Shown: positions 11,694-23,770, numbered from the stretch's first letter. The stretch: 38,149 nucleotides of DNA from Octopus bimaculoides (GCF_001194135.2 NC_068995.1:30041588-30079736); one strand, 5' to 3'. Made by a program: numbers and translations. Notes: a model not told the origin generated them from the letters alone.

Positions 11694-12489
11694 NNNNNNN
11701 NNNNNNNNNNNNNNNNNNNNNNNNNNNNNNNNNNNNNNNNNNNNNNNNNNNNNNNNNNNNNNNNNNNNNNNNNNNNNNNNNNNNNNNNNNNNNNNNNNNN
11801 NNNNNNNNNNNNNNNNNNNNNNNNNNNNNNNNNNNNNNNNNNNNNNNNNNNNNNNNNNNNNNNNNNNNNNNNNNNNNNNNNNNNNNNNNNNNNNNNNNNN
11901 NNNNNNNNNNNNNNNNNNNNNNNNNNNNNNNNNNNNNNNNNNNNNNNNNNNNNNNNNNNNNNNNNNNNNNNNNNNNNNNNNNNNNNNNNNNNNNNNNNNN
12001 NNNNNNNNNNNNNNNNNNNNNNNNNNNNNNNNNNNNNNNNNNNNNNNNNNNNNNNNNNNNNNNNNNNNNNNNNNNNNNNNNNNNNNNNNNNNNNNNNNNN
12101 NNNNNNNNNNNNNNNNNNNNNNNNNNNNNNNNNNNNNNNNNNNNNNNNNNNNNNNNNNNNNNNNNNNNNNNNNNNNNNNNNNNNNNNNNNNNNNNNNNNN
12201 NNNNNNNNNNNNNNNNNNNNNNNNNNNNNNNNNNNNNNNNNNNNNNNNNNNNNNNNNNNNNNNNNNNNNNNNNNNNNNNNNNNNNNNNNNNNNNNNNNNN
12301 NNNNNNNNNNNNNNNNNNNNNNNNNNNNNNNNNNNNNNNNNNNNNNNNNNNNNNNNNNNNNNNNNNNNNNNNNNNNNNNNNNNNNNNNNNNNNNNNNNNN
12401 NNNNNNNNNNNNNNNNNNNNNNNNNNNNNNNNNNNNNNNNNNNNNNNNNNNNNNNNNNNNNNNNNNTATGTATATATATATTATTATGA

Positions 12490-12680
12490 TTGACCGTTGA
12501 CTGAACACTATTCAATTTTTTTTCTCCGTGTTTTTCTCCTTGCCTCCGTATTCTTTCTGTTGAAGAGCGTAGCTCGAAACGTCAAAGACTTTCCGTATTC
12601 CCGAGCGTCATACTAATATATACTTTTGTTATTTACACCACCTGTCCTCGTCTGTTGTTATTTTTTGTATATTCTCCCAT
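12490..12680 (+). mobile_element. Second copy of the pseudo-LTR-like repeat at 1420-1607
   Basis: Direct sequence similarity. Confidence 0.55.
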
Positions 12681-14291
12681 ATATATATATATATATTACA
12701 TACATATATGATATTTATGTACTATCTTAATAATTTCCATAATACTGAGAGTTAGTTTTAATTAGAGATTTTTGTATGTTATATAGTTTTCATTGGTACA
12801 AATGATACAATCTTTTATTCACTATTCTGTTTCCTTGCCTTCAATATCTTTGTCATTCTGCTTTGCAATGATTTCTAAAATATGCAATGTGTTACAAATT
12901 TGGGAGACGTAAACATATAATCAACAACTATATTCTATTAACCCTAGATGAAATGGAATGTGAAATATAATCAGCTCCATTTGAACTCAGAATGTAAAAT
13001 AAATGTAACTAAAAAATTTTCATTTTTTTTTTTTATCTTGTACACCAGCTGACTCTTTTGTAAATTCCACAGAAGTCCATAAACTAAAGAGTAGGATTCT
13101 ACTGGTGGCAGTTTTTAATTGATAGTTTATTTTATTGATCTTGAAAGAATGAAAGGCGATGTTGACTCTATGGGCATTTTAACTGAGAAATTTTTTTCCT
13201 GCTCAACCAATTACTAATTCTGTCAATCAACACATTGATGATAATCACAATAATTCCTAAGGTAATTTTAAATGATTTGTAACTTAATATAATAGCAAGA
13301 ATAATCTTAATATATGCAAGTAAAATCTATTTGTTACAAATTGCAAAACAGGACTTGTGCTTCAGTATCTGAAAAGTTAAGATTTTGATATATTTCAAGG
13401 CACTGCAATAAATGTTGATGAAATATTCATCTAGAGTCAGGAGACTTCTGAGATAAAAAAAACAAAGCATGTTACCTATAAAATGATAATTAATGTAGGG
13501 TTTTATTTTTTCTACATTTCAGCTCAACTTGAACAATCATCTGAATTGCTTGAAGCATAATAATTTTCAGTGAATCACCATTCTCAGATAAACCGAAGGT
13601 TGTCAGCATCTTTTTAAAGCAATTTATCCAAAATTTACTGGCTTTATGTGATTGTAATTTTTTAGGCATCATTAATCCCAGGTAAGGCTAAGTATCACAG
13701 CTTGTAATGAATATTTGTAATCAAAGTCTCTAGCATCAAATATCTAGGGAAGGGTTTAGTTGATAAAAATTGACCCTAGAAGGTTGAAAGGCAAAGCTGA
13801 CCTCCATGGAAAATAACAGTAGTTCAATAGCAAACCTCCTTAAAACAGCTATATCAAATGTTACAGACATTAATTAAACAATGAATCTATCCTTGAGAAT
13901 CCTAAAACAAATAAAATGTAACTGTATAAATAGGAATGATTATCATCAACATTTTATATCTGCTTTCCATTCATGTATAAGTTGGAGTGGTTGTTGCTAC
14001 TCTTTTAGTTAGGTCAGAGTGGAGTGAATACTTTGCTCATAAGTTTCACTTTTGAGTTAGTTTATATGGCAGAATATCCTTCAAAACTCCAATCACTTTA
14101 TAGAGTAGCAGGGTTCATTTTATCATGGCATGAGTGCTAGAGCGAATAAGGGTGAGAGGATGATAAACAGCAAGAAGTAAATAAATAGTTTGAGAGAATG
14201 ATGGATGTCATTACCAAATGGCAAATAAGGAGCACATGAGGAATCTGATAAGATTCCTCATATATGAATATATTTTATATCCCCTCTAGAT

Positions 14292-14621
14292 TAGAGATTC
14301 TCAACCATTTTTTGTCTATGGACCCTTTTGATTACTATTTTATTCTGGTGGGCCCCCATAGCCATTCAATGTTTAAAAACTAGTTTTATAGATACTTTTT
14401 TCAAAATTTGCTTTTCATACATTAACTTGCGTAAGCTGAACTGTAAAATGTCAGAGAAAGAAAGTTAGCTGTTTCTTGCAATAAATGCATCTAAAGTAAC
14501 ATTTTTTCATGGACTCTTAATGAACTCCTGCGGGCCCCAATTTACTATTTTGCTTGAATGGACCACCAACAATTTTATATGGATCCCTAGGGGTCATATG
14601 GACACCAGTAGAGAACCACTG
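14292..14621. mobile_element. hAT-Charlie-type MITE (~330 bp)
   Basis: Left TAGAGATTCTCAACC and right GTAGAGAACCACTG fit a CAGTGGTTCTCAACC TIR consensus. The left flank CTCTAGAT fits the NTCTAGAN Charlie target preference; the right TSD is not conserved. Confidence 0.7.
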
Positions 14622-14797
14622 CTATCCTTAGTCACATTGTGATGGTGAGAAGGGGCATTATGGACAATAGAGGCATTATTGATAACATAATAGAGACATA
14701 GGTGTTAGTGGCATGGATATTAGACAGATGAATGATAAAAAGGGTGACAGGTGTGTTAGATGTGGTCTCAACAAAATATATATTCAAATACACATAC

Positions 14798-14831
<34 letters not shown>

Positions 14832-14850
14832 TATACATATACGCATATAC

Positions 14851-14924
14851 GGAGGCGCAATGGCCCAGCGGTTAGGGCAGCAGACTCGCAGTCGGAGGAT
14901 CGCGCTTTCGATTCCCAGACCGGG
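14851..14924 (+). mobile_element. Isolated tRNA-like SINE head (family C), not a tRNA gene
   Basis: A box TGGCCCAGCGG and B-box-like TTCGATTCC are present; no acceptor stem is evident. Confidence 0.65.
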
Positions 14925-14974
14925 AATATAATTTTATAACTTCACATATAATTTCACATATAATTTTATTTTAT

Positions 14975-15600
14975 ATTATTTAAGTCTATGTACTATATTT
15001 GGAATACAGAATAATGTAATGGATTTTATACTTAATTATTATGGATAACTACTGAAGAATTACCAAGGAGGCATATATGAATTTCAAGATTCTCATACTA
15101 AAGTCTACTTACCAAAATCAAAAGCAGTAATTTTTAATTTATATTTCAAACAAACACCATTTTCCCATATTACTTCAAAATTTTTTTTTTAAATGCCATT
15201 CGTTAAATTATACAAATTTCACATTTGATATTTCTGAGGAGCAGAAGAGTTATCTATAAATGCTTATCAATATAGGATTCCGTTATTCCATATTATCTAA
15301 AGTCTATGAACTATATTTGGAATACAGGATAATATGATGAATCTTACACATAACTATTATGGATTATTACAGAAGACCAACCAAGGAAGAATATATGGAC
15401 TCTCATACTAAAGTGTACTTACCTACATCAAAAGCAGTAATTTTTAATCTTTAATTAATATTTCAAACACCATTTAATCATATTACTTCATATTTAAAAA
15501 AAAAAACTACCATGCGATAAATTATACAAAATTCAAAGTTTATATCTCTGAAGAGCAGAAGATTTGTCTATAAATGCTTATGAATATAGAATTCCATTAT
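14975..15600. repeat. Diverged tandem duplication, period ~318 bp, two units
   Basis: AGTCTATG(T/A)ACTATATTTGGAATACAG at 14983 and 15301. Shared CTCATACTAAAGT, ATCAAAAGCAGTAATTTTTAAT and CTATAAATGCTTAT blocks. Confidence 0.85.
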
Positions 15601-16329
15601 AAGGACAGCACTTCTGCAAAACGATCGTAAGATGCTTTAAAACTTAATTCANNNNNNNNNNNNNNNNNNNNNNNNNNNNNNNNNNNNNNNNNNNNNNNNN
15701 NNNNNNNNNNNNNNNNNNNNNNNNNNNNNNNNNNNNNNNNNNNNNNNNNNNGGTTGAACGAAGCTGGTGGCGAAAAGGCTGTTTGGTGATGGGTGTTTGA
15801 AGAGATGCGCTTTTTACAGACGGTCGACAGACAAATCTCTGTACGTCCATTAGCGAAAACCTCGAAGAAAAATTTTCTTAACCCAAGATGAAAGAAACGA
15901 CCGTGCGAACTCAAAAAGGAGAAATGGTGACGAATGGAAAAACAGAGGACTCCTTTTATTTAAACGTGTCACACGGTCGAACACCAAAATATATATCAAA
16001 GATGATATACAAAATATGTTATACTACGATAACATAGATGACCAGTAATGAAAGACCACAACCGTATAAAATGAATAACAAGGGATATTTAGTGTGGCAT
16101 AAAAGATGTATGTGTATGTGAGAGTGTGAATGCGACATATAAGAACATAATAAAAGGCAGGCCGTCTATATGTATGTGAGATATCACAGCAGATAGAAAG
16201 TCAGAACACGTGAGAGTTTTATACCAAGTTTTTTGAGTACACAATTGGAAAGTCGCAGGCTGTAATTCTTGTCTGTTTATCGTGAGTGGAAACATCCACT
16301 CTAACAGAGGCGAGATAAAAACCGCGCTT

Positions 16330-16797
16330 GTTGATGTTGGTAATACGTAGTTCAGTCCCCATGGCCGCATTTGTTCTTTAGTCGGGGTTCACCAGTTATA
16401 GGTTGGTAGTCCAGAGTCCATGCTGCGTTTTTTCTTCGTCGGGGGTCACCAGTATAGGAAAGTTGGTTATACATCATTGGATGTATACCTGACTTTCCTA
16501 TATAAATTTAGGAATATAACGGAACGCTGAACTCCAGACTATCAACTTATACAACATTTATTCAGGTGGTAAATATATACATCTTTAGCTCTTGTTGACA
16601 GTTGTTACAGCTTCTGTGTGTGTGAGCATAGTTGTTGGGACGTTATGTAGATGTAAGCGAGCTGTCGAGCGTAAGTCCGAAAGATGGAGAGACAGCTAAA
16701 CACGTCCATGCTTATGGCCGGCCGACCGAGAAAGAGATAGAATAGAAGCGGGAACGCTTGTTTGTTTAATTCCACGCATGCGCACGGCGTTACTACA
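16330..16797 (-). mobile_element. LTR retrotransposon 5' remnant: LTR (~16453-16797) followed by tRNA-Trp-type PBS (two copies)
   Basis: The minus strand starts TGTAGTAAC, has AATAAA at 16557-16562, and ends ...TATA-C-TGGTGACCCCCGACG (16437-16451). A second PBS-like TGGTGAACCCCGAC lies at 16381-16394. The canonical tRNA-Trp PBS is TGGTGACCCCGACG. Confidence 0.65.
16453..16502. repeat. 50-bp TA-flanked hairpin (21-bp arms, 3 mismatches, 4-nt loop) at the LTR 3' end
   Basis: TA|TAGGAAAGTTGGTTATACATC-ATTG-GATGTATACCTGACTTTCCTA|TA. Confidence 0.8.
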
Positions 16798-17181
16798 AAT
16801 ATTATTTAAAAGTCTCAATACATGTATAAAGCGTTACTAATAGTTTCATATATTGAGAGAACTCCAGTTCAGAAATTGTCAGTGGTTGCATGCATATGTA
16901 TAAATATATTCTGAGGAATAGGGAAAATTCTGCCTATTACTGACAGATTTGATACCATTACATTTAAGGCCTAAGGAGGATAGCAGTTTTTACCTTTTGA
17001 CACTTTAGTTTCGTTTTCCTTTGTTTACTGTCAGCGTTTTTTATATGCTGCCTTCTCAGCTTCAACGCGTTTCGTCTTGTATTCAATTGTTTAGTTCATT
17101 ATGATATGTGGTTTGCACCTGAAGAATACGTTTGTGTTCGAAATTATTAGTAGCACTTTAATACATGTATTATGACCTTTA

Positions 17182-17214
<33 letters not shown>

Positions 17215-18069
17215 TACATATATATTTATATAGAAATAAGCAAAGCCACAAATTTCTCACTATTAAGAAAGGCACACGGTATAATGAAATGAATATTTTG
17301 AAAAATAGATAAATACAGTAAGCTTGGCTAATTATCCTTAAGTACAAATGTGCAAAAGGTAAAATTCAGTTGATTCCAAGATATCAGTTCCTGTTTTTGG
17401 TTTATACAAGGTAAGGCCTATTCTTATTATGTCTGTTACATTCACTGTGTGTGTTTCTTAGTAGTGAGAAATTTGTTTCTTTGGAGTGTTAACTCCTATT
17501 TCTAGCAAGTGGTATTCTGGTAACCTAATTAATTTATTTGTATATTTTACCTATATAGGTACAACTTGCTGGCCACTTTATTATTATTGCTATTCTTAAT
17601 AATGGTAATAAGACTTTTCAAAATTTTATATATATTAGGGTTATGATTTTTTTTTTTTTTTGAAAGGAAACAATTTCCTGTATCAAAAGTCGATGAACAA
17701 TTTCATATAAGTAGGGAAAATAACCTTTATTTTAAGTTTTTAAAAAAAAAAAGTCACACCCCCTACCACCAACTGAAGAAATCTAACACCACTTTTGACT
17801 CAAATCAGGCAAAATTCTAAGTGGTGGGGTTCATAATGTCTACTCAAGTTTTTACCAAACTTGGTGTGCTGACTTAATACAATGCAGAAGTAGTATATCT
17901 CAAATTTCCGCTTCCAAGTTTAAGTAGTTTAGGAGTTATAGAGTTTTTTTAATTTGCTACCACTTAGGTCCTACTTTAGGAAATAGCCTCTTCCTCTCCT
18001 TTTTCATTTCTGTGAAGCTAAAAACTCTGACTATATTAACTGTTTTTCAGAATAGTAGGCTTATCCAAC

Positions 18070-18720
18070 TAGAGTATCTAAAATAATCTCTCATAAGAGA
18101 AGTGCTTGTTTCACTCAAAGAAACAAAAAATCTGGATGAAGAATCTTGTGCAATTTCAAGACTTACGTAGGAAAAGAAGACCTGTTCCTCTAGAAAAGCA
18201 TTCTTTGGAAAACAGCTGCGAGATACCAATGAAACTTCAAATTGTCAGTCGCTACCTGTTCCTTGGAAGTACCACCAAAGGAAGCAAAGAAAGAACGAAG
18301 GAAATTTCGAAAGAAGTAACTTTTTATGGCAAAAGAAATTAAATTACCTATATTTATCAACTGGAAATGTACAAGCAAAAGTAGAAAAAGTGGTGAATAC
18401 CTACGATAAATGTGTAAAATGAGGAAAATACGATTCATTGAAAGGAATTTTTGACATCACAAAGGAAAAACGGTGAATGGTTGTGCAGTGAGGATAGGAG
18501 GTTATATTATATTCAGATTGAAAGCAAGGGACAGGTTGGATATGGAACTGGAAAGACAGCCAGTTCCAAAACTATCCATCCACCCAAAAGAAGAAAAGTG
18601 TCTTTAATGCCAACTTCAACTAGAGCAATTCCAGTGTCATCGTCAACGTTTGAAGCAGAGACTGAAAATGAATATCAAGAGTCCAAAAATTCTGATGACG
18701 AATCTACACAAACAAGGAGG
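18070..18720 (+). pseudogene. Decayed ORF, probably the N-terminal part of an unclassified DNA-transposon protein
   Basis: A frameshifted, stop-containing but protein-like frame: LWQKKLNYLYLSTGNVQAKVEKVVNTY...LKGIFDITK/NGEWLCSEDRRLYYIQIESKGQVGY...TIHPPKRRK. No catalytic motif was seen. Confidence 0.4.
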
Positions 18721-19248
18721 AAGTTTATGTATGTATGTATGTATGTGTCTATCTATCTATCTAGCTATCTATCTAGCTATCTATCTATATTTATTTTTGT
18801 ATATATTAATATTATCTTGGTTGAAAAAACTGTGATAATGCAAATATGGTAATAGTTACCAGGGTAGCAAAAATCACACAAAAACTGGGATATTACTCCC
18901 GGTTATGGGTTAGAAATTGCATGTTAAAGTGATGTATTTTGAGTTGATATAAAGAATAATAATAAATGGAGCAAAGCACATATAATCAATAAGTTCCTTT
19001 AATTCCTACATATGTTTCAAAAATTATATGCACTCTACTCCAAAGGAGTAAGAGATGCTGGTATATACATATAATTTTATCTTCAGGGAATCATATTACA
19101 AATGCAAGACTTGTGCGGAATGCTAAGGTTACGTACGAGGAATAACACTATATAATTAAGTTAAATGACTGTTAGAAACAAGATCGCTAGTTTACAGGGA
19201 GCTGTTTAGGGAGAGAGGCTATGAACGCTATACTAAGAGTTTAACCGG

Positions 19249-19790
19249 TCAGCCACTGCATCTACTGCATCTCCAGCTCTCTCTGCCCGATGTATAATAG
19301 AGAAGGGTAGAGAGAGCTGGAGATGCAGTAGATGATATTGGTAGAAGTGCAAATTCACGGTCCATGGAACGTGCTCTGGCAAGGGCAGTGTGGCTAGTAG
19401 TGAGGGGATATCTGCGTAGGATGAAGTGGCGAGCCATGAGTTGAGACTGAGTCTCAAAGTCATGGTCGTCACTACAGAGCCTCTGTAGACGGCGGAATTG
19501 GGAAGAGGGGATGGAAAGCTTGGTGTGTTTAGGGTGGGAGGAGGAGAAGTTGAGGTATGAGTGTGAGTCTTTGTGTTTATAGTGGATGGAGGTGGTGAGA
19601 GTGGAGTGATGAATGCTGACCGAAATGTCAAGAAAGGAGACAGAGATGTCAGAGATAGTGCAGGAGAAGTGGAGGACAGGATGGAAAGATTTGACAAAAG
19701 AGAGGAATGAGTCGAGATGTTCGATGGGGAGTGAGATTGCACCGATACAGTCGTCAATATAACGGCCGTATAGTTCGGGAGTGAGAATAT
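19249..19790 (-). mobile_element. Penelope-like RT remnant 3
   Basis: LYGRYIDDCIG...HPVLHFS...VSFLDISV...HYKHKDSHSYLNFSSSHPKHTKLSIPSSQFRRLQRLCSDDHDF (ORF 19249-19860); the upstream part of that ORF is unrelated sequence. Confidence 0.9.
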
Positions 19791-19977
19791 TTGTGCCTAC
19801 AGAAATGCGATCCCAGTGGATCATTGTAACGCTGCTGTGTTCTGTCCTCAATGTGGACAATCTTGCAAATCTTTAGTTGAATCGAAGTCACATCAGAGGC
19901 TCAAACACAGGTAATAACAATTATATAATCCTCCAGCCCTCGTACGTCGAAATCGACGGGAGAGTCCTTCATAAATA

Positions 19978-20095
19978 TACACGCATACCCCGTGTTACGG
20001 ATACGTCAGGTTACGGGATTTCGCGTTCACGGAAATTGTCAAGTACAACCATTAATTTCGGGATACCGTCTGTAATTTCGGTCTTACGAAAACTC
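19978..20095 (+). mobile_element. Tigger/pogo-like terminal fragment
   Basis: TA|CACGCATACCCCGTGTTACG resembles the Tigger TIR pattern CAGGCATACCCCG..TTACG. Confidence 0.4.
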
Positions 20096-20699
20096 GTACT
20101 TCATAGTTTTCAATTGTTAAAGGCTGGCCTAAGAGGCACATGAATTTGCTTTAGCACGGTTTCTATGGCTGGATGCCCTTCCTCATGCCAACCACTTTAC
20201 AGAGTGTACTAAATGTGAGTAGTATTGAGGGAAAGAAAAAAAGAGTCTTGCATTATAAGGGAAACATGGCTACCTTAGGTGGAGAGTGATTAGAGAGAGT
20301 GGGGAAAGAGAGAAAAGATGGTGGTGACGGTGAGTGGGTGAGTTCATGAGACTTAGAAAGGAGAGCGGTAGATGGAGGCGGAGCAAATGAGCAAGGGAGA
20401 GGGATGGGTTATTTGGAGGATTTGGTGTGGGAAAGAGGTTCAACAAGGACATGTGTGCAGGGAGATATGTGAGGGAGAGTGGAGAGAATACAGCGGTTGG
20501 AGAGCTTAGGTGTAGGAAGGGGTTGCTGGGAACATGGTTGTGGAAGAAGCTTGTCAGAGGACAGATTGTATGCAGGGTGAAGGGGGCATGTAATTTCATA
20601 TATGTCATATATAAATGTATTCAAAATTGAATAAAATAAATAAAATAATGATGAATATACACGTACTTATACATGATGAACAAAATTAATAATAATGGA

Positions 20700-21893
20700 A
20701 AGCCAGAAAAATAATGACAAGATTTAGGATGCACCACCCAAAATATGACATAGAAGGGTTATATATACACCGTATAGAAGGTGGTAGAGGCCTTATACAG
20801 CAAGAAAGCTATTACTAAAATTACCGCCATAGGACTACAAAAATACCTACTTCAGAAGCAATGAAAACTAATGCAAATAGCCACAAAACACGAACAAAAC
20901 GAAAAACTGTTTTCAGTCTTTAAGGAAGCTGACAAATACAAAAAGGAAGTCATACTACAGAACAGCTATGAAGAAACAGAAGAAACAAGAAAAGCTGTAA
21001 AACAACTGAAATCAAAACTAAAACTGGAACAGTAACGGATCATGATAAAACGATGGCAAGAAAAGCCCCTTCATGGCAAATACTGGGTTAAGCTAAACGC
21101 AAAAGAAATAGACAAAGTAAAATTCCAACAATGGCTGAGAAGCTCAGGACTCAAAGCAGAGAGTGAAGGATTTAATTGCAGCACAAGACCAAAGCCTTCC
21201 CACCAGAAATTACCAAAAGCATGTAATGAAAAGAAAAATAACAAGTAACTGCAGAATATGTGGATATGGACAAGAAACAATAGACCAGTCCTGGCTAAGA
21301 AGGAATATATTCACAGACACGACAGAGCTGGGACCTACATGCGCTGGAAGCTATGCCAACACTATGGAATAGCAACAGAAAAAGAATGGTATAGGCACAC
21401 GCCGGAAAAAGTCACAGAAAATGAGAAAGCAACAATACTATAGGATATGCCAATACACACAAATAGAGAAATTAAGACCAAAATGCCGGATATAGTTATC
21501 AGAGATCATCAAGAAAAAAATGCTTTCTAATCGATGTATCAATATCAACAAATGATAACGTTTCTCTGAAAGAAATGGAGAAACTTTCAAAATACAAATA
21601 CTTGGAAATAGAGGTAACTCGAATGCGGAGTCTAAAACAGTAACAATTCCTATCATAATAGGCGCATTAGATATGATAAAAAAAATATTCAGACAAATAT
21701 TTAACAAAAACACCAGGACTAACAAATATATGTAACATATAGAAAATAGCACTACAAGGCACCGCACACATCCTACGTAAAACACTTTCAATACAGTAAC
21801 CATAAGAGCATCACAACAAACCACAGCACATACCCAAAGCACACAGAGCTGCGCTCGGTAATGCAGTGAAAGCACGTGATAAAAATAAGACTA

Positions 21894-21897
<4 letters not shown>
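20700..21897 (+). mobile_element. R4/Dong-like non-LTR retrotransposon remnant 1 (post-RT region, CCHC, REL endonuclease, 3' UTR), 5'-truncated
   Basis: RMHHPK...GGRGL; WQEKPLHG; LIAAQDQSLPTRNY; CRICGYGQETID; YIHRHDRA; PDIVI...IDVS...EKLSKY. Stop near 21797; ends in an (AAT)n tract. Confidence 0.88.

Positions 21898-21974
<77 letters not shown>
21897..21974. repeat. (AAT)n microsatellite at the LINE 3' end
   Basis: Seen directly in the sequence. Confidence 0.97.
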
Positions 21975-22142
21975 CCTTACTACTACAGACACAAGGCCTG
22001 AAATTTGTGGTACTTATTTTATCGACTCCGAAAGGATGAAAGGCAAAGTCGACCTCGGCGGAATTTGAACTCAGAAGACGTGAAGACGGAAGAAATACCG
22101 TTAAGTATTTCGGCCGGTGTGCTAACGATTCTGGCAACTCGC

Positions 22143-22145
<3 letters not shown>
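21975..22145 (-). mobile_element. tRNA-derived SINE family D
   Basis: Reverse complement of the TCTGAGTTCAAATTCCGCCGAGGTCGACTTTGCCTTTCATCC core shared with 23607, 26930 and 32981. Confidence 0.8.

Positions 22146-22235
<90 letters not shown>
22146..22235. repeat. (CAT)n(AAT)n compound microsatellite
   Basis: Seen directly in the sequence. Confidence 0.97.
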
Positions 22236-22237
<2 letters not shown>

Positions 22238-22239
22238 TA

Positions 22240-23606
22240 TGTTTGATCTCCCTCAGTTTAATATTAAGGAAGACAAAGGCAGGCTATCAGTTCAGAAATA
22301 GTAATGGAAAAATTAACCATTTGCTCTGCATGGATGATCTGAAGCTTTTTTAGTAAGAATGAAAAAGAGACAGATTCCTTAACACAGACTGTAAGACTCT
22401 TCATCAAAGATATAGGCACGGAATTTGGTATAGATAAGTGTGTAATATTCGTCATGAGAAGAAGACATATAGTCAACAGTGAAGGCATCCAATTACCAGA
22501 TGGCCAGACATTAAGATCTTTGAATGGAGGCGGGAGTTATAAGTATCTAGGAGTATTAGAATCTGACAGGGTACTAACTACAGAAATGAAAACGCAAACT
22601 GACAAGGAGTACATCAGAAGGGTGAGAAAGCTAATGAAGTCAAAGCTAAATGGTCCGAAACTAATGAAGGCTGTAAATACTTGGGCAGTATCATTACTTA
22701 GATAGCCAGCAGCTTTTGTAGATTGGACAAAATCTGAATTAGCAAAGCTAGACAGAAGAACTAGGAAGGAATTCAATATAAATGGAGGACTCCACCCAAG
22801 GGCAGGAGTAGCAAGATTATGCTTACCTAGAAAGGAAGATAGAAGAGGGTTAATATCAGTGGAAGACTGCGTGAAGTTAACTAGAGCAGATATAGACTCC
22901 TATGTAAGTAATAGAGAAGGAAGTTTATTAAAAGCTGCTAGAGTCACAGCAAGACATAGGGAAACCAAAGCACCAAACGAAGTTAAAAACCAGAAAAAAG
23001 AACAGAAATTATCTGAATTGCAGGAGAAGCGTTGCATGGTAGATTCTCAAAGGTAGTTTCAGCAAATAGTAGTAGTGAGTCGTGGTTATGGCCGCAGAAG
23101 GGAAAGCTGAAGAGGGAGTCAGAAAGTTTGTTAGTAGCTGCACAAGATCAAGTATTAAGGACTAATGGGATAAAAGCCAAAATAGACGAAAACCAAGTAG
23201 ATTCCCAATATAGATTATGCAAATCAAAAGAGGAAAGCATTATTCATATTGTAAGTGAATGTAGCATGCTGGCACAGAAAGAATGCAAGAAAAGACATGA
23301 CAATCTAAGGAGAGCAATCCACTTGCGGCTTTATAGAAAGCTAGGATTTGAACTTACTGATAAATGGTATGAACATGAACCTAGTAAAGTACTAGAAAGT
23401 AAGAAGTCCAAGATGTTGTAAGACTTTAACATTCAGACTGACAGTAATAGAAGCTAGAAGGCCTGATTTGGTAGTAGTTGATAAAGATTATAGGAAGTGC
23501 CAGATAATTGCCTTTACAGTCCCAAATGATGAAAAAGTTAATATGAGAACTATAGAAAAAATAGCAAAGTACCAGAATCTAGCTATTCAATTAAAGAGAC
23601 TATGGT
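22240..23606 (+). mobile_element. R4/Dong-like non-LTR retrotransposon remnant 2 (RT C-terminal half, CCHC, REL endonuclease)
   Basis: INHLLCMDDLKLF...DIGTEFGIDKC; SYKYLGVLE; AVNTWAVSLLR; LHPRAGVARL; LVAAQDQVLRT; RLCKSKEESIIHIVSEC; KRHD; RRPDLVVVDK...EKIAKYQNL. Cut at its 3' end by a SINE. Confidence 0.92.
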
Positions 23607-23770
23607 ATTTCGTCTGTCTTTATGTTTTGAGTTCAAATTCTGCCGAGGTCGACTTTACCTTTCATCTTTTTGGGGTCGATAAATAAAGTACTAGTTGTTT
23701 ACTGGAGTCGATCTAATCGACTGGCCCCCTCCCTCAAAATTTCGGGCCTTCCTGCAGTAGAAAAGAATAT
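23607..23770 (+). mobile_element. SINE family D (5'-truncated)
   Basis: Shares the family D core. Confidence 0.8.

Noticed and set aside
14851-14924. tRNA gene
   Set aside because: It has A and B boxes but no evident acceptor stem or full cloverleaf; a SINE head is the better explanation.
17060-17150. Hammerhead-like fragments (plus-strand CTGAAGA...TTCGAAA at 17119-17143; minus-strand GAAACGCGTT near 17062-17073)
   Set aside because: The plus copy's stem II overlaps the core and stem I is poor; the minus copy lacks CUGAUGA. They may be PLE relics but are too degenerate to call.
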